NCBI GenBank assembly: GCA_003971905.1 | Contig: RSEE01000003.1 | Coordinates: forward strand, 434,001 to 498,000 | Origin: Moniliella sp. 'wahieum' | Taxonomy: Eukaryota | Direction of reading: 5' to 3' | DNA: 64,000 nt | Shown here: one piece after another, positions 53,401 to 64,000 of the stretch | Numbering within the stretch: position 1 is the first letter of the stretch | Layout: the number at the start of each line of letters is the position of its first letter | Program-made: the position numbers and the translations under genes | Notes under the pieces: generated by a model | Seen by the model: only the letters and a program-made list of their open reading frames with translations | What the model was told of the DNA's origin: nothing | The model's database searches: none

Positions 53401-53963
53401 CGCATTCGCGACCAGGAGATTGCTTTGCTGCAGGCGGGCAAGTCGGGCAAAAAGGGTGGCAAGAAGAATGCCAATGTGGGTTGGATGCCAGAGACGTACA
53501 AGGAGAAGGAGCCCAAGGAGCTGCGCATCTTTGTCGCCAAGTCGTTCCCGCAATGGCAGCAGAAGGTTGCCGCCATGCTGGACAAGTTGACCAACGCCGA
53601 GGGTGTGACGGACGATGTGGCGCTGCGCAAGGAGCTGGCGACAGCTGGCCTCTTGAAGGACAAGAAGGTGATGCCGTTTGTGGTGAGCCTCAAAGACCGC
53701 CTCAAGACGTTTGACCGCGAAACGGCCTTTACCCGCACCTTGCCCTTTGACGAGTTGGCCACCCTGACCAGCATCCGCGGCTATCTCGGCCGCACCATGC
53801 AGTTTGTCAAGGTCACTGTCGAGTCGGCCGAGGATTGATTGCGGCGTTGCCCCCCGCACCCGAGGACGCCACCGCGTTCCCCGACCGCAAGACCCTCGAG
53901 CTGGCCGAACCGGGACGGCCCTCGTTTGTCTTCTACAACCAGGGCACTGCGCCGTCGGCCTAA
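50448..53963 (+). CDS. CDC60: Cytosolic leucyl-tRNA synthetase
   Basis: [14 protein letters not shown] (HIGH), [51 protein letters not shown] (CP1 editing), [19 protein letters not shown]; intron 50880-50953. Confidence 0.98.
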
Positions 53964-54040
53964 AAGTGTCCCCTCCTGCCCCCCATTCGATGCTTCATTC
54001 CGTCCCATGCCTCACCAGCCCCAGTCTAGCGATTTTAGCG

Positions 54041-54305
54041 ACTAGTGAGTGACCAAGTGACTAGTACTAGAGGGTGTGTCCAAGTGGTATAATCCAGTAG
54101 GTCTTTTGGGGCCTGGGCTCCGTATGGCTCCTAGTACAGTAGCGGCCATGGGACCGAGGGAACCAAGAGTAAATTGTCTGTCCCGAGAACCGAGAGTGCA
54201 ACAAAAATGGAGGACAGATGAGATGCGACATGTGACATCCATCACATCACATGTGACAATGGAGTACATGTGGCAGATAATCGATGATAGATGATCGATG
54301 ACATG
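54041..54305. repeat. Cluster of 7-nt-period palindromic units (CTAG-TGA, TCA-CATG-TGA, TAA-TCGA-TGA-TAGA-TGA-TCGA-TGA-CATG) between convergent genes
   Basis: Read directly from the sequence. Confidence 0.8.
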
Positions 54306-54429
54306 CGACAGATGGTACAAGGCCAAGACAAGACCATAACCATCCCGCGCAGCCTCGGGCGTGCTCGGCCTTGCGCGGCGAGAGTCATAGTCCGGCCAAG
54401 GAATCAAGGGAATCAAGGGGTAAGCTGTG

Positions 54430-57400
54430 AGGTTAGGCCGAGACGAGCTGTTGGCCTCGCGCTTGGGGGTCGCGCTGCTGAGCCCGAGCCCGGGGCCGAG
54501 AGGGAGTGGGAGTGGGGCAGAGCCGAAGCAGGGTTGGGACCCGGTGGCAGCGCCGACGAGGAAGAAGACAAACAAGGGGCCCGGGTGGTGGAGCGCCCAC
54601 GGGCGAAGGCTCCGCGCCGGACCCCGAGCTTCCCGATGCGGGTCCTGGTCCTGGTTCGGGCTTCGGTTCCGACTGGGGGTCCGGAACCACCGGCGCCGAA
54701 AAGTCAAATAGCATGTTGGACCACCACGCACACTTTCCGATGTGGGCTGCGTCGCGTCCGGGGCGGACAGATCGTTGGCGTTGAGCGCGCCCAGACGGGT
54801 GAGTCGTTCCAATGGCTCGTAGGCACTGCCTGCCTGCGGGTGGAGGCGGTCAAGGCATGAGGCCAGTAAGGCGCTTGGCCATAGTACCCTTCCAACATGG
54901 TGTCCAGGTTGCCCTCCAGCGCCTCGGCAGCCGCAACGGCAATGTCCCCACCCAACGGAAAGTCCGGCACAGACATCCCGACCGACGGATCAGGTACCGT
55001 GCTAAGCGGGATGATGGGCATGCCCAAGTCCAACACCCCAGGCCCGGCAGAGGCAGAGCTGGTGCGCGCACCGGCGGGTACAGGCATAGCATCGGCCCCT
55101 TGCGCACCTACCGTCGACGTCGACGTTGGTTCCGTCGACGCGGCAGCCGCTCTTCCGTCGTCCGCGTCTTGGTCACCATTGGTGAGGGGGAGCGCGCTGT
55201 GAGCGCGCTGCGCAGACTCGACCTGGTTGGCAGTCAAGCTGGCCAAGACGCGGAGCGCGTGCCGCATCTTTGGTAACTCTTTCCACCGTGTTGGTGCCTT
55301 GTCGACAGCACTGCAAAGATCGTTGATAGAGATCAAGTTGTGTTGCGCCACTAGGTCCGTCGGCCACAAGAGGGTATAAACGCGGCGGTCACACCGGCGT
55401 GGAAGCAAAGATAGAGCGTACGCCACATGGAGAAGGAACGCAAGTGACCCAAGTGGGCGTTCATCAGGTACAGCGCCGAGCGCATGACGGCAATGCTCAA
55501 TGTGCACACCGCCTTAGGACTGCGCAACCAAGCTTCCTTCTCGTCCACCTTCTCCCCCTTCTCCCCCCCTTCAGGAGCGGGTGCCGACGAGGAAGACCCT
55601 CGCTTTCCATCTGTCTTGCCATTGGTGCTGGGTTGTCGGGCGCGTTGCTCGGCCAGGGATCGTTCCCGTGCCAGATGACCACGGAGTAAACATCAATACG
55701 GCAAACACATCCATCGCCAGGTCGCAGGCTTGTTGAATGTCCTTCAGACCACGGTAGGCAGACGAATTCGACCACTCCCGCCCGCCAGCGGCAGCCACTT
55801 CCTTGACCAGCCAAGCGGGTGGGTGGAAGGATGGATCGTGGAGTTGGGAGGTATCGGTAATGTCAAGCCGAAGGGCAGGGGGAGGGTGAGGTACCAAGCG
55901 AGACCATCCTTGGTCCATTGGGCCAACTGAGCCACATCCCAATCGATTGCCTGACTGGGGTCCAACAGACGCTGGCGCATGAGCATCGCCAGCCCACACT
56001 GAGCTTCATGGTACGTTGTCGGTGGTCCTTCTGACGACGGCGGCATCAGAACAGCGGCCGCCGACGATGAAGGACCCCCGGTTGGATGGTTTGGGGGTGT
56101 GGAGGCGCCCCCGGGGGATTGGTCATCCGGGTGGTAAACCACGCAATGGCCAGTGGCCGGCCATAAATCGCCGACAGTTGAGCATCTTGCAATACAATCG
56201 CCCACCACAACGTGCGGCGGTTGACTGCGTCGAGTTGGCTCGGTTGAGGGCGGAGGCGAACGGGGTCAATGTGAAGGCCAATGGCTTGGGCTTGCCGTGT
56301 GATGGACCCGAGTAAAGGCCAAAAGAAGCGGTACGATCCGTGTTCCGTAAATAGAGGCCGACAAGTAACTGCGCATGAATGGTCTGCAATGTAGGAGCAG
56401 ATAGGAAGGAACAGAGACGCAGAGCTTGGTACGTGGCGGTGAGGAAACGGTCGGTGACAAAGTAAGGCGAGCGAGTGCGCACCGCCTCCGATCCGTGGGC
56501 ATTGCATGCATATCGGGCCCAAGGGCACCGTGGGCTGTGTTACTGCCTGATCCGGTCCCCACTCGGCCGACGCAGACGGATCGGCATCCACTCCAACGCC
56601 AGCACCCTCGCGCCACCATCCCCATGCGATGATTGAGAGGCACGTTGGTTCGGTGGCCAATAGCCTTGGAACGCACCTAGTTTGGGCGACTCCAAATTCC
56701 CGTTGCGGCCCAGAGCAAAAACCATAAGATAAAGCGCCATGTCTGGCAGGGAAGTCGTACGCTTTTCCTCGGCGGGCAAGTCGATAAAGGTCTGGACCCC
56801 ACGCAAAAGAGAGGGCCCTGCCAAGCCCGGCCACTTGGGAGCAAAGAACTGAGAAAAGGAGTTCAGGTCGTCGGTCAGCTCGTCGGTCTGTTCCCAGAGC
56901 GAGCTGACCTCGTGACGGAAAACCTCGGGGTCGGGCGACCAAATCGTAGAAAAGGGGTACGAGTCGTTCTCATTAAAGAGGAATCCGTCCATAGCGTCGC
57001 GCAAATTACGACGCAGTTGCGATCCACCGGATGAGCTCCTGTTGTTCCCGGCCGACTGGGGCCGACCTATCGAAGCTCCCGCCGCGTTGCCGTTGGCCGA
57101 GCCGCCTCCGACGGTGCCTGCCGCACTAACGCCACCATCACTCCGGAGCGGGAGGAGCGCGTCTCTACCGTGGTATCGTACCGCGACGAATGCATGGGAC
57201 CAGAAGTGGAGCCACCGCGGGCTAGAGAGCTGGGCCAGGGAGGATACGCGTCACGTGGGACCACCTCCATACCCATCCGGGCATCCCCTCGGGCCTGGGC
57301 CCCGGCACGACGGTCGCGTTCCACCGCTTTGTCGGCCACGTCGTTCATGCTGATGGACGAAACGTAGTACATGCCAGCTCCATTGACGTTGGTAACATTA

Positions 57401-58411
57401 TGGGCGGTAGCGGTACGACCACGGTCCAGCGGGGGGTAGGGTGGGCCCATGTGGCGGATAGAATGGCCACGTGGGCTGGTGGTTGTACTGGGAGCAGCCG
57501 AGCGAGCACGGTCGTCGTCATAAGCCCAGTAGGACCTAGGTGCGAGAGGGGAGTAGGGAGAGCCCGAGTCCTGGCCCAGCGCGGAAAGTGCCTCGACGGC
57601 CATCGCGAGGCTGTCCTTGCCGTCGGCAGGGGGTTGGGCAGCGACGTAGGATAGTAGGCACCCTCCACGGGGGGCATGCCACGAGAGCGCCAGCTGTCGC
57701 TGAATTACAGGGTCAGTTATCGGAGAGCAGGCAGGTACGGGGACAAGACGAGGTACACGTACGTAGCTGCACGGTCGTCGAGGCGCGGCCGTTTGTGGCG
57801 GTGCAGGCCGGGTGGCGACGGGTACTGACGCGGGGCAGGCTGCCAGGCGTCGGGGCCAAGGGAGGACGGGGAAGAGGAGCACCCCATGGGGCGGGGGTGG
57901 CCAGTCTCGGTTGCCGGCTACCGGGCAGCGAGGAGGCGACGGGCGAGGGCAAACGATGGCGGCGGGCGTGCGCATGGCCGGCCTGCGAACGCGGGTTTCC
58001 GCGCGCGCCACTGCGGCGACGGGAGGGGCGGCGTATCAGTCGAGGCAGGGGCGTGCACGGGCAACGGCCGACACCCTGTCCGCCACGGGCGACGGCGGCG
58101 CAGCAGCAGCGAAGGTGGCAGCGTGGGACGAGTGTTGGGCGGTGGGGTGTGGGAGGGGCGGGCCGTCGGGAACGGGAGCGGGAGGGGGACCGAGAGGCGG
58201 CAGGGGGCCGAAGAAGACGCAGCCGACGAGGGAGGGCCGCGGGGGAGGCAGCGCGGGTGCCGAGGCGCGGGTCGTACTCGCACACCAGGTGGGTTGGGCG
58301 CTACAGCGGGAACACTGCGGCTGGGCACGGTCGCACTTGCGCTTGGCCGACAGACAGGGCAGACACGACTTGGGGATGCGCACACGCGGCGGACGGGACG
58401 GCGGGAGACAT
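54430..58411 (-). CDS. Zn(II)2Cys6 fungal transcription factor with Fungal_trans middle domain; ends approximate
   Basis: RIPKSCLPCLSAKRKCDRAQPQCSRCSAQPTWC binuclear cluster; FLSAPTLQTIHAQLL, AQAIGLHIDP, RRTLWWAIVLQDAQLSAIYGRP. Confidence 0.92.
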
Positions 58412-59499
58412 GCTCGCCGTCGTGGTCGCCGTCGTGGTCGTGGTCATCGCATGGTCGTCGTGGTCGTCGTGCTCGTGTCGTGGTAGTGGTGTGTAGTCTC
58501 GTTGTGGGAGAGGGCGTGGGGGTGGGGTGCTCGGGGGGGGAGGAGCGGAGGCGGAGGCGGCAAGCGCGGTGCCTGGCGCAGGCATGGTGGATGGGCGGGG
58601 TGGGAGGGGGGGGCGGGGGCGAGGCGGTGAGGATGGGCGGTCGAAGCGAGGTGTGGTCGGAGTGAGGAGGGGGTGGAGTTGGGAAAGGGGGGCGCAGCCG
58701 TGGGCTGAGTACGTGAGCGGCGGCGGAGGCTGGCGCCGTGCCGGGCGGAGGCAGGCAGGCAGCGGCGGTGGCAAGGCCGCGGCTGCTGAGCTGCGCTCGC
58801 TTGGGTTGCCTGCTGCGGGCTGCATGCAGGCGGCTGCATGGGGCTGCTGCAGGGGGTGTGCATGCATGCCTGCGCCGGCGCGGTTTTTACCGGCAGTGGC
58901 AGCCGCCGGCAGCGCCCGCCCGTCAGCCCGCCGACTGTCGGGGGGGCGGCGTCTGCGTCCCACGCCCTCCCAGCGCTCCCACGCCGCGTCCTTCCGCCCC
59001 CAGCCCAACCGCCCGCCCAGAGCCCCGCCACGCCCCGCCCAGCGCCTGCGCGCAGATAACCCGGCTGCGCCCGGCATGCACCGCGCCAGTCTCCCGCCCC
59101 GGCTGCCCCCCGGCGGCACCGCCGCCCTCCAGCGCCCCCACGCCTGTCTCCGCTCCCCCACACAAACGCACACTGCCCAGCTGCCGCCCTGCTGTGCGAT
59201 CGGCCCATTTACGGCCTTAACTGCGAAAAACGCACATCAGCTCCTCTTATTTCCCCCACCCCCTCCCGCCGCCGCTCCGCCCCCGACCGCTGACCGTCAC
59301 CGGTGAACATCGGTGCTGGCCCAGCCGCCTCAGCCTCAGCTGAGCTCAGCGCCCATGACATCCCCAGCCCTCCTGGTTCAACTTGAACGTTTCATATCCA
59401 TTCCGCCAACCACCACGCTTCCTTCTCAGTGCAATTCCGACTTTCAACACTTCCGCACGTAGTTGCTGCAATTTCCCATTCTACATTTCACCGGGCATG

Positions 59500-60411
59500 G
59501 CTCCACCTCGTTTTCCGCCGCGCTTTTTCCTGTGCACGCCCTCGTCCGCTCCTCCCTCCAGACGTTGAGCAAGCAAGGCAGATTTATGCTGATCGTACAA
59601 CCTTCCTTCTTTCCAGCAGTAGCCTAGATGAGAGCCAAGGGCCTCTTCTTGTTCGCACTCCCCTCCTCCCTTTGGTCATTGGGGGGAGGGGTGCAAGATT
59701 CCAAGCTATCCTTTCTGTATTAGGCGCCATATATGCATCATGACACACGAATAGGTATATAGTCCGCCGCAGTATCACCAACGGAGGCCTGGTTTCAGAT
59801 CCTCATATTCGTCGGGGGAGAAAAGCCTTCCTGGCCTCCCTTGATGCGGTATTGCGGACTCTATCCGCTAACGCCAAGGTATCCCAACAACTTATTAGCA
59901 TTTTGGTGCGATCGTTATGGCCACCATATAACAAACAAGGCTCTTTCTCTTCCCCAAACTGTCACGGAGGGAAAGACGGCCCTGCGAGCAGCTGTGGCAG
60001 ATCCTATACATGCTTTCTCCTCCGTGCTTACCTCGAGACAAACGCCGTGCTCTCTCCCGCGCAAGAGGGATTTTTGGCCCGTATTTGCGCCGACCGTAGT
60101 ACACGTCCTCCCCCCCGCCTAGCGATACATGTGGGTCAGCCGATACAATGACGAATCTCATCTCCTCCTCGATGGAGTAGAGATGAAGAGAAGCCGTGCA
60201 AGAATTAACAAGGCTTGAGGATACATTTTTTGTGAAGGGAAGCGTGAATTGCGAGCCACTTCCGTGTGGATATGTTGATATGACCTATGGCCCAATACTC
60301 TTAACAGACCTCCGACGCTCCCAACTCCAAAACCAAAAAGTTATGACCATGAGAGGTCGAACTATATTTAGTGCGCCGAGCTGCCATCGACCGACATATC
60401 CTGTACAATAG
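59500..60411 (+). other. Possible interrupted hypothetical gene
   Basis: Several protein-like + strand fragments in successive frames; no motif recognised. Confidence 0.2.
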
Positions 60412-61785
60412 TCGCTCTTGCTGTTTCTTTCTCTGTTCTTATCACCCCCGTTTCGTCCTCGACGAGAACGGAGCGCAGCGAGTCCTTGTACGGGGTTGCT
60501 GACTTCCCAGGCGGAGGCCTTATTCCCTGCCCATCGGAGACAAGACTCACGGTGGAGGGCTGTGTGTTGTACCTTTGGACCATACTATCGGCACAATTGG
60601 ATCTAAGAACAGACAAACAGGTGTTATAGAAGAGAATGGAGACAAAAGAAAATGCCAGCAGGTCTACAGCGAAAAGGGGAAACGAGCCAAGGGGGGAGAA
60701 GTGAGAGCCAATAACGAATAAAGGCACGGAATGACAGACGAGGCGAGAGTTAAGGGCAAAACGGAACCGAGAGGATAAACGAAAGGCTATAGAAACCGAG
60801 TCGAAATCATCTGTAGTGTTTTGAATTTTAGACGAGTGCGAGCGGGAGAAGAGACGATTGTTGCAGGCTTGTTAGGGCAGCATTGTAGTCATTCGCTGCC
60901 TCTTTCCCTCCGTCCCCGAGTACAAACAGCTTCAGCTAGGCACACGTCCTTACTGTCCGAGCCGATGACTACGCATCCTTGCGACCCAAGCTACCGCCTT
61001 GCAATACTTCGAAAGGCCTCTCTCCACCCTTCCCCAAGGCCCGGTCGGATCTCCACCAAAAAGCCCAAGTGGCACGCCACCAGCGACCTCTACATAGGGT
61101 GTACAAACCCCCCCGGGTGGGATACCATGGCCGGGCCCCGGCCATGGCACACTCGTCTGTACCGATGACAAGTGTTAAACTCAGATACCGGGCCTATTCT
61201 ATACATATTGGAACTTACGACCTCCAACAATCGCCGTCCCATCGATCTACGACGGACGCCGGCTCAGCATTTCTGATGTTTCACCTTACTCGAGGGATAT
61301 CTCCCTTTGTCTCCTCCCATCTCTGGCACATCCTTCGAAACCCTCATCGTGACCCCCGCGGCGTATCTTCAGTCGGCACTTGGCTTTCCTCTGCCATTCA
61401 TGTCGAACAACCACAGAGGCTACGACCTATCGTGTGGGTATTATTGTCTAGTATTCCCCCTCTCCCTTCGTGGGGGAACAGCAGGTGCTCTCCACAGAGT
61501 ATACATGTTGGTGTTTTATAATAGAGGATGGGACAATTGAGAAAGAGCCATTAGTGAGGGAGGAGAGAGGAGATAGGAGCGAAACGAAATATATGATGAG
61601 TACTGAGTTCCAAACAGGGGAGCCAGATAGTTGATAAGGTGGGATGACAGGAAAGGAGTTTCGCCTCATAATGGGTCACACACAGATACGCACCGGCTGC
61701 GCGTGTATGACCCTGTTCAAGATCTTCCTTGACTGGTGACCCCTAGCTTGACCCTTTTGTGTTTGTGTCTCTCATTACTCATTAT

Positions 61786-62640
61786 TTACTGTGTGATTAA
61801 TGATTGCTTCTCCTTTTCTCTGGTATAAGGCATCATTGCATATGCAGCTGAATATCCTGAATGAATACCATGTGGTTTATCGGAATCCAAAGCAACCCCT
61901 TCCTTCACCTCTCGCTTACTAGAAAAAATGGCATGCATCTCAGTGTGAGAGACAAGTTGTAGCTGGTTAGTTTCCTCCATCAGTGGAAGGGGGGGCGCAG
62001 CTCATAGTTCTTCTTTGCCCAATGGTCTGCTGAAGCCGACTTAACCGTATACTGCTCTCATTCTCCTGTTGTCCTTCCCCCCCTCCCTCTGGCAGAAGAG
62101 ATAATGGTATCTCATCCGTATAGACTGTGGGGGCGAAGTTTCCACCCCGTCGTTATCCACCTTAATCCACCTTGGCATATATTCAGTACTATACGAGTGA
62201 ATCAGTTGACACCACGCATTACGGTGAGATATGTGTACTTCTGCCTTCGTTTTGTGGTTTAGCGTCAGTTTCGCCACGGTGCACAAACACCTCGTTCACT
62301 CTGTTGTTCTGTCTTACCACTGGTCCCCGCGAATGTGTGCTAAGCCGATGCTAGGCGTGTGGTTGACGTACTTTACTTGATGAGCCTGCGCGAGTCCCAC
62401 CCGTGCTATATTGACAGCAACCTGAAGCAGCCGAAGAAAAAGCCGAGCCGAGAAGACACGGCCCGGCGGCATATCACGTAGAGCTGACACGGAAGGCAAC
62501 CTCCAGTGTTTTACTAACGATGATCGATTATCGATGAACGATGGCAATTCTCCGGCACATTCATGTATATTGTCCCACACTTGTACCTCTCCGAACTCAG
62601 CTCTCGGCCTCTTTGTCCTTTTTTTGTCTCGTGTCAACAT
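61786..62640 (-). other. Possible interrupted hypothetical gene
   Basis: Fragments MLTRDKKRTKRPRAEF...HIRGDQW (followed by a gtaag donor), PRWIKVD...YHYLFC and a terminal fragment; no family recognised. Confidence 0.25.
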
Positions 62641-62766
62641 GTCAATAACTGTAAGGCGCACCGACGTCCAATGATTAATGTTCCCTACGAACGAACCGCC
62701 TGTGTGCAAGAAAGCCGAGTTTCTGAGCGACTCTCAGATCTCAGCTGGTCTTGGCCCCGACCCGAG

Positions 62767-62879
62767 TGACTAGTGATACTAGTGACTAGTGAGCCGCTGA
62801 GCTCAGGCATCGGTGTATTCATATCCGTTTCAAGCGTCAAGCTCACTCATCGATCATCGATAACCTCGATAACCGGTAA
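62767..62879. repeat. 7-nt-period arrays (TGA-CTAG)n 62767-62792 and TCA-TCGA-TCA-TCGA-TAA..TCGA-TAA-CCGG-TAA 62847-62879
   Basis: Read directly from the sequence. Confidence 0.85.
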
Positions 62880-64000
62880 CCTGCCGCCGTTGTGGTATCC
62901 TACTCAGTTCCAGTAGGGTTTATAATTCGGAACAAAAGTCTGGTATTAAGCGGCTGAGAGAAATTAGTTGCACAGCCGATGTTCGTGCCTCTAATGTACT
63001 GTGGTGAGACCCTCAGGCCTCACATCTGAGATCTGGAGAGTCTGAGATACGAGAACCGGCAGTCAGATCCCTCTAGCACTATAGTAGCCACTTAAAATGT
63101 AGTCTTGAAGCAAGCTTCAAGTCATCAAGGGGGTGTCTTGGTGTCTGCACTCTTCTGTGTTCCCTACTATGAGGCTAAGTATACCACACAAGCAAGACAC
63201 ATAATGTTATGCTTGTTGCATGATGCATATGATGCTGTTCGACCGGGTGAACCGTCGGTACTGAACTATATACAAAGGGATACATCCCAGGGTGTGTTAT
63301 TGTACACCAAAGAAGAAACAATCCTCCAACCTATTGGTATTTGATCAGCTTTTGAGCTCGTCCACCGCCCCCCAATCCGACGACATCTGCTTTATTCATG
63401 TATATAGGGATCTACAGCTAAGAGGGACCGAGGCGGCAGCTAAGAAGTAGAAGAGGGGGGAAGGACACTCCTATGTGAGAGAGAAGTGAAGCCACACAAG
63501 CGTTAGTCGCTGACAAAAAAAGGACCAAAAAAGACGGAGGAGTCTTGGGCGGCAAAAGACGAAGAGATGAGAGGAAGAGAGCAATGACGCGCATTAGAGT
63601 GCCCGTCTCGTCTGTTCTAAACCTTCTGTCCAACAACCGTAAAATTCGAGCAGCGCAACTCCCCCTATAGAGAGCTCCAATGGAACTATTACATACGCCA
63701 TGCACTGTTGTCAGGGAGCGTTTGGACCCGACAACGCCTAGTGTGGCATCTCATACCAGGCCTCAGGCCTCAGTCATTTCTTACGCAGGTCCTCATTAGC
63801 CAAGGTGACGCTAGGATATTGGGTTCAATGTTGGCGACAACAGCTTTCTTTTTGGTTTTTTGTGCTGAAGAAGGAGAGAATGGAGGAGGATGCGGTTTTG
63901 TATCAAAACCGCTGGAACTAAGACAAAAACTGAAAATACAAAGAGAAGAAGAGAGAATGTCTTTTTACCTGCTCCACGTACACTCTTGGATCATTGCAAG

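Overview
Eukaryotic, gene-dense, GC-rich fungal DNA. Short GT-AG introns with CTRAC branch points and the protein content point to a basidiomycete, probably an intron-poor Ustilaginomycotina-like lineage (inference). Recognisable genes in order: a GH128 beta-1,3-glucanase (5' end outside the window), mitochondrial DNA polymerase gamma (MIP1) apparently running into a spliced LYR-motif domain, RPL7 with an intronic C/D snoRNA, a LIM protein, complex I NDUFS4, ALG7, CK2 beta, an S53 sedolisin/TPP1, Bfr1-like, Ivy1-like, Pmp3, p24, VMA7, an Rpd3-type HDAC, intron-containing tRNA-Asp(GTC), a divergent CSN4, Yak1 kinase, an Efm6-like methyltransferase, proline iminopeptidase, cytosolic LeuRS and a Zn2Cys6 transcription factor. 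Most genes carry 1-2 nt indels, best explained as an unpolished assembly, so CDS boundaries are approximate. Most notable observations: (1) an intergenic 7-nt-periodic pattern (TCA/TGA/TTA/TAA plus a 4-bp palindrome) that recurs with many different palindromes; (2) a possible Pol gamma-LYR fusion and an internal duplication in Pol gamma; (3) the RPL7 intronic snoRNA; (4) a decayed RLE-type non-LTR retrotransposon fragment.
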